Source of the DNA: a bacterium
GTDB lineage: Bacteria; Patescibacteriota; CPR2; UBA1875; CAIMLA01
Direction of reading: 5' to 3'
Assembly: GCA_037129835.1 (NCBI GenBank)
Contig: JBAXUE010000002.1
Span: forward strand, 66,334 to 130,333
Length of the DNA: 64,000 bases
Every line of letters begins with the position of its first letter. Position 1 is the first letter of the stretch. Both the position numbers and the translations under genes were made by a program. A model generated the notes under the pieces. That model had not been told where the DNA came from. It ran no database searches and saw nothing but the letters and a program-made list of their open reading frames with translations. Shown here in pieces: positions 56,359 through 64,000 of this stretch.

Positions 56359-56931
56359 CTATTCTTTGTTTAGCCATGGAAACATTTTGACGAGCTCTAT
56401 GTTTCTTTCGTCATTTTTTTCTAACGAGGCAAGGTTAAATAGTTTTTCTTTGCCAAATTCGGACATGATCAAATTGACCATAGTTATACCCACTTGATAT
56501 TTATCACCGTTTTGGGTGTAGCTAAGTTTATTCAGTAACTGTATATTTATATCTTCTTGGGTCCAAGTACTACTTTGGCCAGCAACGTATCCGCAGACAC
56601 CTTCTATTAACCATCCTGGCGTATGCTTATTGCTGACAGGGCGTAAATATTTATGAACCAGTTCGTGTTTTAAAACTTTCTGAAATCTGATGTGACCTGG
56701 ATCCTTTTGCGGGGGCATTCCATTTGGACCAATAATGTAAATATGGTTTTGGGGAGAAAAGCCAACGAGGTAGTCTGGGGCTGGGATATCATCATTTCTG
56801 TTTTTGTCATAAAAAGTAATAATATCTTTTTGACTATCAAACAAAACAACGTCTATATCTTTTAGTGGTTTGGTGCCGAAAAAGTCTGCCACTTCCTGAT
56901 TGTACCTTTGGGCTAGATCGTTTGTATCCAT
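56359..56931 (-). CDS. Peptidase_MA-like HExxH protein (paralog of 20616..21254)
   Basis: VLKHELVHKYL followed by GWLIEGVCGYVAGQ. Same layout as the 20616 protein. No signal peptide. Confidence 0.6.
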   Translation of the reverse strand: MDTNDLAQRYNQEVADFFGTKPLKDIDVVLFDSQKDIITFYDKNRNDDIPAPDYLVGFSPQNHIYIIGPNGMPPQKDPGHIRFQKVLKHELVHKYLRPVSNKHTPGWLIEGVCGYVAGQSSTWTQEDINIQLLNKLSYTQNGDKYQVGITMVNLIMSEFGKEKLFNLASLEKNDERNIELVKMFPWLNKE

Positions 56932-56949
56932 ATTATCTCCTTAAATATT

Positions 56950-58038
56950 TTAATTGATTCTATATACCATACCACCAATATGCTTAATTTTGCCAGATAT
57001 TTCCATAATGGTTATAGCAGAGCTTATTTCACTTTGGGAGAGCCCGGCTTTTTTTGAAATCTCGTCAATGTGTTTTGGTTCTAGTCTTAGCACTTCGATA
57101 ATTGTTTTTTCTGTTTTATTGCTACCAACTGCTTGGCGCATCTCGGAAACTACTTCAGGGCAAGAAAACCCAAATTCATCATAGACGTCTTGAACACTGG
57201 TAAGGACATGAGCTCCAGATTTGATCAGGTTGTTTGTTCCAATACTGGCTAAACTAAATATATTTCCAGGAACGGCAAAAACTTCTCTGTTCTGGTTCAG
57301 TGCCGAAAGCGCAGTGATGAGGCTTCCAGAGCTCTCTGCTGCTTCGGTAACGATGAGACCCTGAGATATACCGCTAATGATTCGGTTTCTGGCTGGGAAG
57401 TTTTGTTTTAATGGAGGAGTGTCGAATGGATATTCAGAGATTATTGCTCCGTTACCGATGATTTCGCGAGATAATCTAAAGTTGCTGCTCGGATAGATCT
57501 GATTCAGGCCGCAGCCGATAACCGCAATAGTCTGCCCACCGCCAGATAGGGCTCCTTTGTGAGCGGCAGTATCGATGCCAATTGCTAGCCCACTAACGAC
57601 TGTCACACCTCCCATGGCAAGTTCGCTGGTAATCTTTTCTGTGACGCGGAGGCCATAGTCAGAGGGTCTTCTACTGCCTACTACGCCGATACATAACTGA
57701 TTTAGCTTGGCTGTGCCCTTTTTGTATAGAATAAATGGAGGATCGTAAATCTGTTTCAACAGTTCGGGGTAGTCATTTTCAAAAATAAAGACAGGCTCTA
57801 TATTATTTTGTTTAAGTTCGTGGAGAACGTTTTCTGGTTTGTAGTTCTCTTTTGAGAATATGAATTCTTTGAGACATCGCTTGCTTAGTTTGAGAGCTCT
57901 TAGCTTGCTATCGGGTAGCTCGAACAAATTATTTATGGGAGCGTCTAAGGCGAAAACCTCAAGAAACAGAGAGGCAGTGAATCGAGCATTTCTACCTAGT
58001 GTAAGCCAATATATGTAGTCTTCAATATTCTTTTCCAC
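56950..58038 (-). CDS. dprA: DNA-processing protein DprA
   Basis: GVVGSRRPSDYG and SGLAIGIDTAAHKGAL, plus a C-terminal wHTH. Start set to GTG at 58038 (GGAGGGG upstream). The listed start at 58095 is TTG and overlaps a + strand promoter. Confidence 0.88.
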   Translation of the reverse strand: MEKNIEDYIYWLTLGRNARFTASLFLEVFALDAPINNLFELPDSKLRALKLSKRCLKEFIFSKENYKPENVLHELKQNNIEPVFIFENDYPELLKQIYDPPFILYKKGTAKLNQLCIGVVGSRRPSDYGLRVTEKITSELAMGGVTVVSGLAIGIDTAAHKGALSGGGQTIAVIGCGLNQIYPSSNFRLSREIIGNGAIISEYPFDTPPLKQNFPARNRIISGISQGLIVTEAAESSGSLITALSALNQNREVFAVPGNIFSLASIGTNNLIKSGAHVLTSVQDVYDEFGFSCPEVVSEMRQAVGSNKTEKTIIEVLRLEPKHIDEISKKAGLSQSEISSAITIMEISGKIKHIGGMVYRIN

Positions 58039-58056
58039 AACCCCTCCAAAAAACAC

Positions 58057-58085
58057 TTGACAAAAGTAGCCAACAGTGCTAGAAT
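58057..58085 (+). promoter_or_regulatory. near-consensus sigma-70 promoter TTGACA-17 nt-TAGAAT
   Basis: Read directly. It points into the 58.09-58.34 kb non-coding gap. Confidence 0.55.
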
Positions 58086-58091
58086 AAATAG

Positions 58092-58341
58092 TCAACCTAA
58101 ATCAGGATGACATTTGACAATAAGTTTCTCTAGGTAAACGCCAGTTATGGCGAGTGTCCTATCAATGAGTAAGGCCTTAAACACCCTCCTTTAAGCTTAC
58201 TTGTTGGTAGGGTTCTCCCCGTAACCGCCAGCCAATATTTTGGGCTAGGTAAAGTCTTCGGATCGAGTTACACTAACGGGAGAACTTTGAAACAAAAGTA
58301 AGGGAGTCGTATTTATACGGCTCCCTTACTTTATTATATTT
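58092..58341 (+). ncRNA. candidate ~250-nt ncRNA of unknown class
   Basis: Bounded by the promoter above and a 17-bp-stem terminator (AAGTAAGGGAGTCGTAT/ATACGGCTCCCTTACTT plus a T-rich tail). Internal hairpins: CGCCA-GTTA-TGGCG, AGTAAG..CTTAAA-CACCCTCC-TTTAAG-CTTACT, and a UUCG loop at 58254-58261. No credible ORF. G+C-richer than its flanks. Confidence 0.4.
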
Positions 58342-58375
58342 AAGTGTTTATGACTAGTGGACAAGGAAAAATTAA

Positions 58376-59344
58376 CTATTCTTTAACTATTTTCACAACA
58401 TTAATTTTCGGGGTTACTTTTACCACTACAGGTTGCTTTATTTTTGGTAGGCTCACATCACTTCCCTCTCGCACTTCAGCTGTGGCAAAGATGTTATTAG
58501 ATTCTTTCGGTAATACTCTCTCTCGGATAAACGCCAGTCTTTCTGGGTCTAAAGAGTCAGGATCTACAATTGCTGCTACCATACTGTCACAAAAATCTTC
58601 AGCAGCAGAATGGATTGCATATTCGCTGATACACCTTGATGGATCTTTGGGTTTAAAATACAAAGTAAGGCCACCAGGTGTTGTTATGCCTTCTGGGACG
58701 TGTTCCCAGCCAAAATCTTTCTGCCATTTATCTAGTTGTTTAGAGGCCAAACTGTGAGAAAGCTCATGAATTAATGTCCCTTCAAAGTTTGATGTAGCCG
58801 ATATTCGGTGTTGTTTGTCTTCTAACGCAGGAGGATAAAGCTTAATTGCACCTTCGCCTGTTTCTGCGTAACCATTTAGTGGCTCATTAGTGTATTTATT
58901 AATCTCGTTTTTGTCATCAATTAGAATATATTTAACGGTATTAAGAGCTTCGCCACCTAAGATATTAGAGAATTTCTCTAATATGGATTTTAGCTGAAAT
59001 ATTCTCTTGTCTTCTATTTTTTGACTAAAACTGTATAATTCAAGGCTGTACTCACCTACTTTAATCGATACTTGTTGTTCTGGTATGCCTTTTTCTCTCC
59101 ACTTATCCTGTAACCACCAATTATTACTAATAATTTCTTCTTTTGCTTTTTCTTCAATATTTTCTTGAGAAACTGTAATATCTGCCACTCGATCACTACC
59201 ATCTTCTAGAAATTCAAATTTAATGTCGTTTATTTTTTCATACTCTCGATCTTTCGGTAATTGGAATTCAGAAGCCTTGATATTAGAAATAATTTTGTGA
59301 CTTTCTTTTTTCATTTCTTGAAAATCTACTAGTTGTTTTTCCAT
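58376..59344 (-). CDS. hypothetical HExxH protein (322 aa)
   Basis: GTLIHELSHSLA motif. Acidic N-half, no signal peptide. Confidence 0.55.
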   Translation of the reverse strand: MEKQLVDFQEMKKESHKIISNIKASEFQLPKDREYEKINDIKFEFLEDGSDRVADITVSQENIEEKAKEEIISNNWWLQDKWREKGIPEQQVSIKVGEYSLELYSFSQKIEDKRIFQLKSILEKFSNILGGEALNTVKYILIDDKNEINKYTNEPLNGYAETGEGAIKLYPPALEDKQHRISATSNFEGTLIHELSHSLASKQLDKWQKDFGWEHVPEGITTPGGLTLYFKPKDPSRCISEYAIHSAAEDFCDSMVAAIVDPDSLDPERLAFIRERVLPKESNNIFATAEVREGSDVSLPKIKQPVVVKVTPKINVVKIVKE

Positions 59345-59383
59345 ATAAACCCTTAATCTTTTACTATTGCTGGATACTGTTAT

Positions 59384-59938
59384 TTAAATACTAATATGCT
59401 CTATGCCTTCTGCGAGGGCTTTTTCTATTTCTGACACTGTTTTTGTGACAACTTCTTGTGCAAGGGCCTCTTCATCTTTAGTAAATTTCTGTAACACAAA
59501 AGCTTCTGTGGGTATATTATCACATTCTTTTGTTTTGATTCCCATTCGAAACCTGGCAAATTCATCAGTGCCGATACACTCTATGATAGATTTAACACCT
59601 TTGTGTCCCGCAGAGCTACCACCTTGTCTGACTCTGACTACACCAAGCTCGAGATCGATATCGTCATAAGCGACCCAGAGATGTTCAGTATTAATATTAA
59701 AATAACTCATTACAGATTGTATAGCTTCTCCAGATAGGTTCATAAAAGTCTGAGGTTTAAGAAGTTTGATCTTTTCGCCACTTACTATTATTTCGCAGAT
59801 CTCAGCCTTGAACTTTTTCTCAAGCTTAAAATCACCGTCATATTTATCTGCTAGGTTATCAACCGTAGCGAAGCCGAAATTATGGCGTGTGCCGATATAT
59901 TCTTTTCCCGGATTACCAAGTCCAACGATTAGTTTCAT
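59384..59938 (-). CDS. pth: peptidyl-tRNA hydrolase
   Basis: MKLIVGLGNPGKEYIGTRHNFGF, GGSSAGHKGVKS. Confidence 0.95.
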   Translation of the reverse strand: MKLIVGLGNPGKEYIGTRHNFGFATVDNLADKYDGDFKLEKKFKAEICEIIVSGEKIKLLKPQTFMNLSGEAIQSVMSYFNINTEHLWVAYDDIDLELGVVRVRQGGSSAGHKGVKSIIECIGTDEFARFRMGIKTKECDNIPTEAFVLQKFTKDEEALAQEVVTKTVSEIEKALAEGIEHISI

Positions 59939-59957
59939 GGTTTATGTACTTTCCCCC

Positions 59958-60012
59958 GTCATGCTGAATTTATTTCAGTATCCCGAGATCCTGAATCGAG
60001 TTCAGGAAGACG
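59958..60012 (+). repeat. GTCATGCTGAA / CCTGAATCGAGTTCAGG hairpin-repeat module
   Basis: Related to the 16019 module (GTCATTCTGAACCGAG). Two short hairpins, lying between der and pth. Confidence 0.7.
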
Positions 60013-60036
60013 CAAAGAGGTGTGCGACGAGTGTAG

Positions 60037-61437
60037 TTATTTTTTCTTTTTACTTTTCTTATTATACTCAGCATTTTTCTTTTTGAAAACCAGTCTTATG
60101 GCCGTACCTGAGAAATCCCAGTGGTCGCGAATTCGATTTTCGAGATATCTTTTGTAAGAAAAGTGAATATGTTCTGGGTGACTTGAGAAGAAAATAAATG
60201 TCGGTGGATTGATATCGGCTTGAGTGATGTAGTTGATTTTGGGTAATACATTCTTCTTTGCTGGTGGTGATTTTTTCAAGATGTCCGCACCTATAAGTAG
60301 GTTTAGCTCGGATGTTGGGATTCGGCGGGCACGTGCTTCTGTTACTTCGAAGACTACATCGGGGATTTTCTCGATATTTTTACTTGTTTTTGCTGAAACG
60401 AATACAACTGGAGCAAAAGGTAGGAATGAAATCTTGTTATGAAGATAGGCAAGATAGTTTTGCATGTCGGTTTCGTCTTTATCAATTGCGTCCCATTTGT
60501 TAACAACTATTACAACACCTTTTGCTTGATCGGCGGCGAATCCTGCGATGTGTAGGTCTTGTGATGTAAGTCCTTCTGTTGGATCTATAAGTATTAGCAC
60601 GATATCAGCGTCTTCAACGGCACGGAATGAACGAAGGACTGAGTATTTCTCTATTTTACCTTCTTCATATTTGGTTCCTAGATCTCCAACTTTACCTCTT
60701 CTTCGGATTCCAGCAGTATCGATAAAGTTTATTTTTCCTCTTTCGTCTTCGAAACTCGAAATAGTAAAGTCTCTGGTGGTGCCAGCAATATCAGAGATAA
60801 TTGCTAGCTTTTTGCCGATGAGAGCATTGAAAAGGCTTGATTTGCCGACGTTCGGACGACCCGCAATAGCGACGTTTATTCCTTCTTCGTTGTCTATGAC
60901 CACTTTTCTTTGTGGTTCGATATCTTTTAGATTTGTGACAATACCGTCCATAAGATCGCCCATATTGCGGCCTGTGAGCGCAGATATCGGTGTTATTTCA
61001 CTTGCGCCAAGGCGGTGAAGCTCTGATAAATTTGAAAGATATTTTTCACTATCATATTTGTTGGCAGCAACAATAAACGGTTTTTTTGCTTTTTGTACCA
61101 TTCTAATGGCATTGTCATCGTCTTTAGTCGGTCCGACAGAGGCATCAACGATAAATACTATTAGATCTGCTTCATCGAGTGCTACTAATACCTGTTCTTT
61201 GACATCTTCATCGAGAACTGTGTAAGCAGTTCCTTCTGATTCTATTCCTGCGGTATCAACTAATATAAATTCGGTACTATTCCAGGTTGTCCTTGCATAT
61301 AGACGGTCTCTAGTCGTTCCAGCCCAGTCGGCAGTAACTGCTTGTTGTTTTCCTAAGATACGATTAAAAAGAGTCGATTTTCCGACATTCGGTCTGCCCA
61401 CAATGGCAATAACTGGGATATTAGCATTTTCTGACAT
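60037..61437 (-). CDS. der: ribosome-biogenesis GTPase Der (EngA)
   Basis: Two G domains, each with GRPNVGKS(T/S), DTAG and NKxD, a KH-like C-domain and a Lys-rich tail. Confidence 0.95.
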   Translation of the reverse strand: MSENANIPVIAIVGRPNVGKSTLFNRILGKQQAVTADWAGTTRDRLYARTTWNSTEFILVDTAGIESEGTAYTVLDEDVKEQVLVALDEADLIVFIVDASVGPTKDDDNAIRMVQKAKKPFIVAANKYDSEKYLSNLSELHRLGASEITPISALTGRNMGDLMDGIVTNLKDIEPQRKVVIDNEEGINVAIAGRPNVGKSSLFNALIGKKLAIISDIAGTTRDFTISSFEDERGKINFIDTAGIRRRGKVGDLGTKYEEGKIEKYSVLRSFRAVEDADIVLILIDPTEGLTSQDLHIAGFAADQAKGVVIVVNKWDAIDKDETDMQNYLAYLHNKISFLPFAPVVFVSAKTSKNIEKIPDVVFEVTEARARRIPTSELNLLIGADILKKSPPAKKNVLPKINYITQADINPPTFIFFSSHPEHIHFSYKRYLENRIRDHWDFSGTAIRLVFKKKNAEYNKKSKKKK

Positions 61438-61468
61438 ATTTTCTCTTTGGTTTACTTAACGATGTATT

Positions 61469-62368
61469 TTACCACACAAAGTGGGTAAAAATCCATGAGT
61501 TTATGTTATAAGATTCAGAAAATCTACTCGCTGAGCCGATCACTGCCGTCAGAACCTCGTGGCCATCTTGCTTTTCTAGGGATATTAGGCACTCTCCTGC
61601 CCCAAAAGTATAACCGGTTTTGACACCGAAATATTTCTTTCCATCGAGCAAGATATTTGTATTCGTGAGATAGATCGGTCTTCCGGCCGTGGTGTAGACC
61701 ACCTTTTGTGTTGTCGCCACTGTTTCTGCGAAGAAATTATTTCTGAGTAATATTCGGCTTAGCTCTAACATGTCTTTGGCGCTAGAATAGTTGCCTGCAT
61801 CGTCCCAACCTACAGGATTGGCAAAATGAGTATTTGATAGGTTTAGGCTCTCTGCTGCTAGATTCATTTTTGTCACAAAACCATCAACGCTCCCAGCATC
61901 TAGAGTCGCTAGCGAGGTAGCGGCGTCAGAGCCAGAATTCAACAGCATTCCAGTAAGTAGATCGCGCTTAGATATTTCCTCGCCTTTACTTATGCCCATC
62001 AGGGCGTCGCCAGCTTGAGTGATGTAATCTGGGATTGTAACTTTCTCGTCTAGGTTTGGGCTGTCTTTTAGGACTACATATGCCGTCATTAGCTTCGTTA
62101 GGCTGGCAATCTGAAGCTTTTCGTCTTTGTTGCTCTCGTTTAGAGCTGTGTTGCTGCCAAGATCAATACTATAAACTGATTTCGCCAAATTTTGGTATTC
62201 TGCATCAACGCTAGATAAAGTAGGACCGCTTACAATCTCCGGCAATTTTGTAACTACAGTTTCTTTTTGAGGGGATGGCTTCAAAAAATTATCAAGATAA
62301 GCCCTTGGTCCGTCGAAAATATGCCAACCGGGTGTCAGTAATAGTAGTATTAAGGCTATTTCACGCAT
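61469..62368 (-). CDS. serine-type D-Ala-D-Ala carboxypeptidase (peptidase S11-like)
   Basis: SxxK (IASLTKLM), SGSDAA region, and KTG (FGVKTGYT). N-terminal signal/anchor. Confidence 0.85.
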   Translation of the reverse strand: MREIALILLLLTPGWHIFDGPRAYLDNFLKPSPQKETVVTKLPEIVSGPTLSSVDAEYQNLAKSVYSIDLGSNTALNESNKDEKLQIASLTKLMTAYVVLKDSPNLDEKVTIPDYITQAGDALMGISKGEEISKRDLLTGMLLNSGSDAATSLATLDAGSVDGFVTKMNLAAESLNLSNTHFANPVGWDDAGNYSSAKDMLELSRILLRNNFFAETVATTQKVVYTTAGRPIYLTNTNILLDGKKYFGVKTGYTFGAGECLISLEKQDGHEVLTAVIGSASRFSESYNINSWIFTHFVW

Positions 62369-63059
62369 CTAGAAGGCTCCTGAGCTCTTTTTCTGTTAGA
62401 TTGCGATATTCACCCATCTTCAAATTACCTAGTTCTAGTGGGCCTACTTTGGCCCTGTGAAGCTTGGTAATGTTTTTACCAAAGTGCTCAATAGAACGCC
62501 GAATCAGTCTATTTCGGCCCTCGTGGACTCTAACCAGATATTTACCCTGAGAAAGCACTTCTAGGTGATCTGGTTTAAACTCGCCATCTTCTAGGGCAAT
62601 CCCCTTTTTCATCTTCGCTAATTCTACATCAGAGAGCGGTCTATCTACTGAAAAACTATATTCTTTGAGTTTTTGATGGCTCGGATGTGTAATCTTTTGG
62701 GTTAGGTCTCCGTCATTTGTCATAATAATCAGACCCGAGGTGTTTTTGTCTAGTCTACCAACAGGCCAAACGCTGGGACTTCCTGGGACGAGCTCGGTAA
62801 TAAGAAGATCGGCGTGTCTGTCTGAGACCGTAGAAGTATAGCCAACGGGCTTATTTAGCAGATAATACACCTTATTGCTTATCTGCACTTCTTTACCATC
62901 AAGTAATATCTTATCTACTTCAGACACAGAAAAAGCAGGATCGATAATGTTTGTACCGTTTACTGTAACTCTGCCAGACTGAATAATGTCTTCACTTTTT
63001 CTTCTCGAAGAAACCCCGGTAGATGCTAAATATTTAGCTAGCCTCATCGTTTTTCTCAA
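62361..63059 (-). CDS. RsuA/RluB-family pseudouridine synthase
   Basis: N-terminal S4 domain (RLAKYLASTGVSSRRKSEDIIQSGRVTVNG). Catalytic VGRLDKNTSGLIIMTNDG. Confidence 0.9.
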   Translation of the reverse strand: MRKTMRLAKYLASTGVSSRRKSEDIIQSGRVTVNGTNIIDPAFSVSEVDKILLDGKEVQISNKVYYLLNKPVGYTSTVSDRHADLLITELVPGSPSVWPVGRLDKNTSGLIIMTNDGDLTQKITHPSHQKLKEYSFSVDRPLSDVELAKMKKGIALEDGEFKPDHLEVLSQGKYLVRVHEGRNRLIRRSIEHFGKNITKLHRAKVGPLELGNLKMGEYRNLTEKELRSLLDA

Positions 63060-63585
63060 AAAGATTTAATTCTTCCATCTTGGGTAGTGCATTTTCGTTT
63101 TCTAGACCACAATATTGGATAAATTCCATAGTAGTACCGTAAAGTATCGGTTTACCGACACTTTCTTTGCGGCCTATTTCGGCTATAAGCCCTCGAACCA
63201 TTAGATTTCGAACTATCTGGTCGGAGTTTACTCCTCGGATTTCTTCGATTTCGGCTTTTGTCAGGGGCTGTTTGTAGGTAATTATAGCTAGTGTCTCTAG
63301 AGCTGCTTGTGATAAATCGTGTCTGAGCTCTTCGTTGAGTAGTCTGCTTACTTCCTTTGAATTTTCAGGAGCCGAGATAAGGGCAAAATATTCACCTTTA
63401 TTTATGAGGCTTATTCCCCTATTTTTGTAATCAGCTTCAAGCTCTTTTAGCGATTTCTGTATCTCCGAAACTGGGATGCCGATCGCTTCGGCGATTTCTA
63501 GTAGAGAAAGTGGTTTTTCGGCAACAAAAAGTAAGCTTTCTACGATAGATTTGATATTAATATTTTTTGTTTCTATTCCGCTCAT
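63034..63585 (-). CDS. scpB: segregation and condensation protein B
   Basis: IESLLFVAEKPLSLLEIAEAI and two wHTH repeats. Follows scpA. Confidence 0.88.
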   Translation of the reverse strand: MSGIETKNINIKSIVESLLFVAEKPLSLLEIAEAIGIPVSEIQKSLKELEADYKNRGISLINKGEYFALISAPENSKEVSRLLNEELRHDLSQAALETLAIITYKQPLTKAEIEEIRGVNSDQIVRNLMVRGLIAEIGRKESVGKPILYGTTMEFIQYCGLENENALPKMEELNLFEKNDEAS

Positions 63586-63589
63586 AGCT

Positions 63590-64000
63590 TTATTTTAAAC
63601 CCATTATAAGGATATCCGCAAAGGATTCTTTTTGGATGACCCCTATTTCTTTCTGTTTTATCATTTCTAATATTGCCAAAAAGGTCACAATAACCTCGGT
63701 TTTATTCTTTGCACCAGCTAATATTTCTTTGAATCTAATAGTTTTTTTCTTTTTAGTTAGGGAATAAATAATCTTTTTTTTGTCTTCTATGGTAATTTTT
63801 TGCTCAGGTGAATCTGTAATAACTCTTTCCTCTATTTGCTCTGGTAATTTGTTTAGAGTTTCTTGGAAAATCGCGAAAAGCATTTGATGATTAATGTCCT
63901 GTGGAGGTAAAAAGATTATTTCTGACTCTGATTTTGCGCGTCTGGAATAGCCTCTTTGGCCGTCTATAAGGATAGATTCTAAATTTGCTGCCGCTTTTTT
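63590..64000 (-). CDS. scpA: segregation and condensation protein A (5' end outside window)
   Basis: The frame stays open upstream of the listed ATG (63883) to the window edge (..KKAAANLESILIDGQRGYSRRAKSESEIIFLPPQDINHQ-MLFAIF..). The C-terminus VIVTFLAILEMIKQKEI is typical of ScpA. Confidence 0.8.
   Translation of the reverse strand, partial: KKAAANLESILIDGQRGYSRRAKSESEIIFLPPQDINHQMLFAIFQETLNKLPEQIEERVITDSPEQKITIEDKKKIIYSLTKKKKTIRFKEILAGAKNKTEVIVTFLAILEMIKQKEIGVIQKESFADILIMGLK

Noticed and set aside
58039-58095. Long form of dprA starting at 58095.
   Set aside because: The codon at 58095 is TTG with no SD, and the extension overlaps a + strand consensus promoter. GTG at 58038 has GGAGGGG upstream.
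1-64000. Alternative genetic code (as in some CPR lineages).
   Set aside because: Long family-recognisable ORFs are uninterrupted under the standard code and end at normal stops. There is no pattern of in-frame TGA or TAG.

Overview
AT-rich, gene-dense bacterial chromosomal window read with the standard genetic code. ftsW-murG-ftsQ run on the + strand to 2845. After a 600-bp non-coding gap, 58 of my 62 CDS calls (3457 to the window end) are on the - strand. This convergent strand switch, together with a dif-like 28-mer at 3000-3027, suggests a replication terminus.

Housekeeping genes present: rarA, an ABC-F ATPase, a Pif1-like helicase, a P-type ATPase, metK behind a SAM-I riboswitch, a MacB-like ABC pair, topA, dprA, pth, der, an S11 carboxypeptidase, a pseudouridine synthase, scpB and scpA.

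Accessory material interleaved with them:
- (i) A restriction-like island at 26.1-33.9 kb. It is a tight operon of Z1-domain ATPase, a 155-aa ORF, an EcoRI-family m6A methyltransferase and two DUF262-HNH nucleases. A DUF3800 gene sits next to it, with a promoter/terminator-bounded small-RNA candidate between them. This is the best candidate for an undescribed system.
- (ii) Three short, visibly G+C-richer islets (about 18.9-19.9, 46.1-47.6 and 49.8-51.2 kb) of small unknown genes with their own SD sites and terminators.
- (iii) A dispersed family of GTCATCC hairpin repeats, including a 46-nt inverted pair bracketing 16.06-19.86 kb.
- (iv) Five signal-peptide-less HExxH proteins.
- (v) A second orphan ncRNA candidate at 58.1-58.3 kb.
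- (vi) A 1260-aa unknown protein in a DUF362/HExxH/DUF2207 gene string.

No rRNA, tRNA, CRISPR array, transposase or integrase was recognised. The gene repertoire (many DUF proteins, membrane TraD-like ATPase plus sigma-r4/HARE-HTH, ComF-like and DprA) resembles small-genome Patescibacteria/CPR, but that is inference only. All family assignments come from motif recognition by eye and need HMM confirmation.
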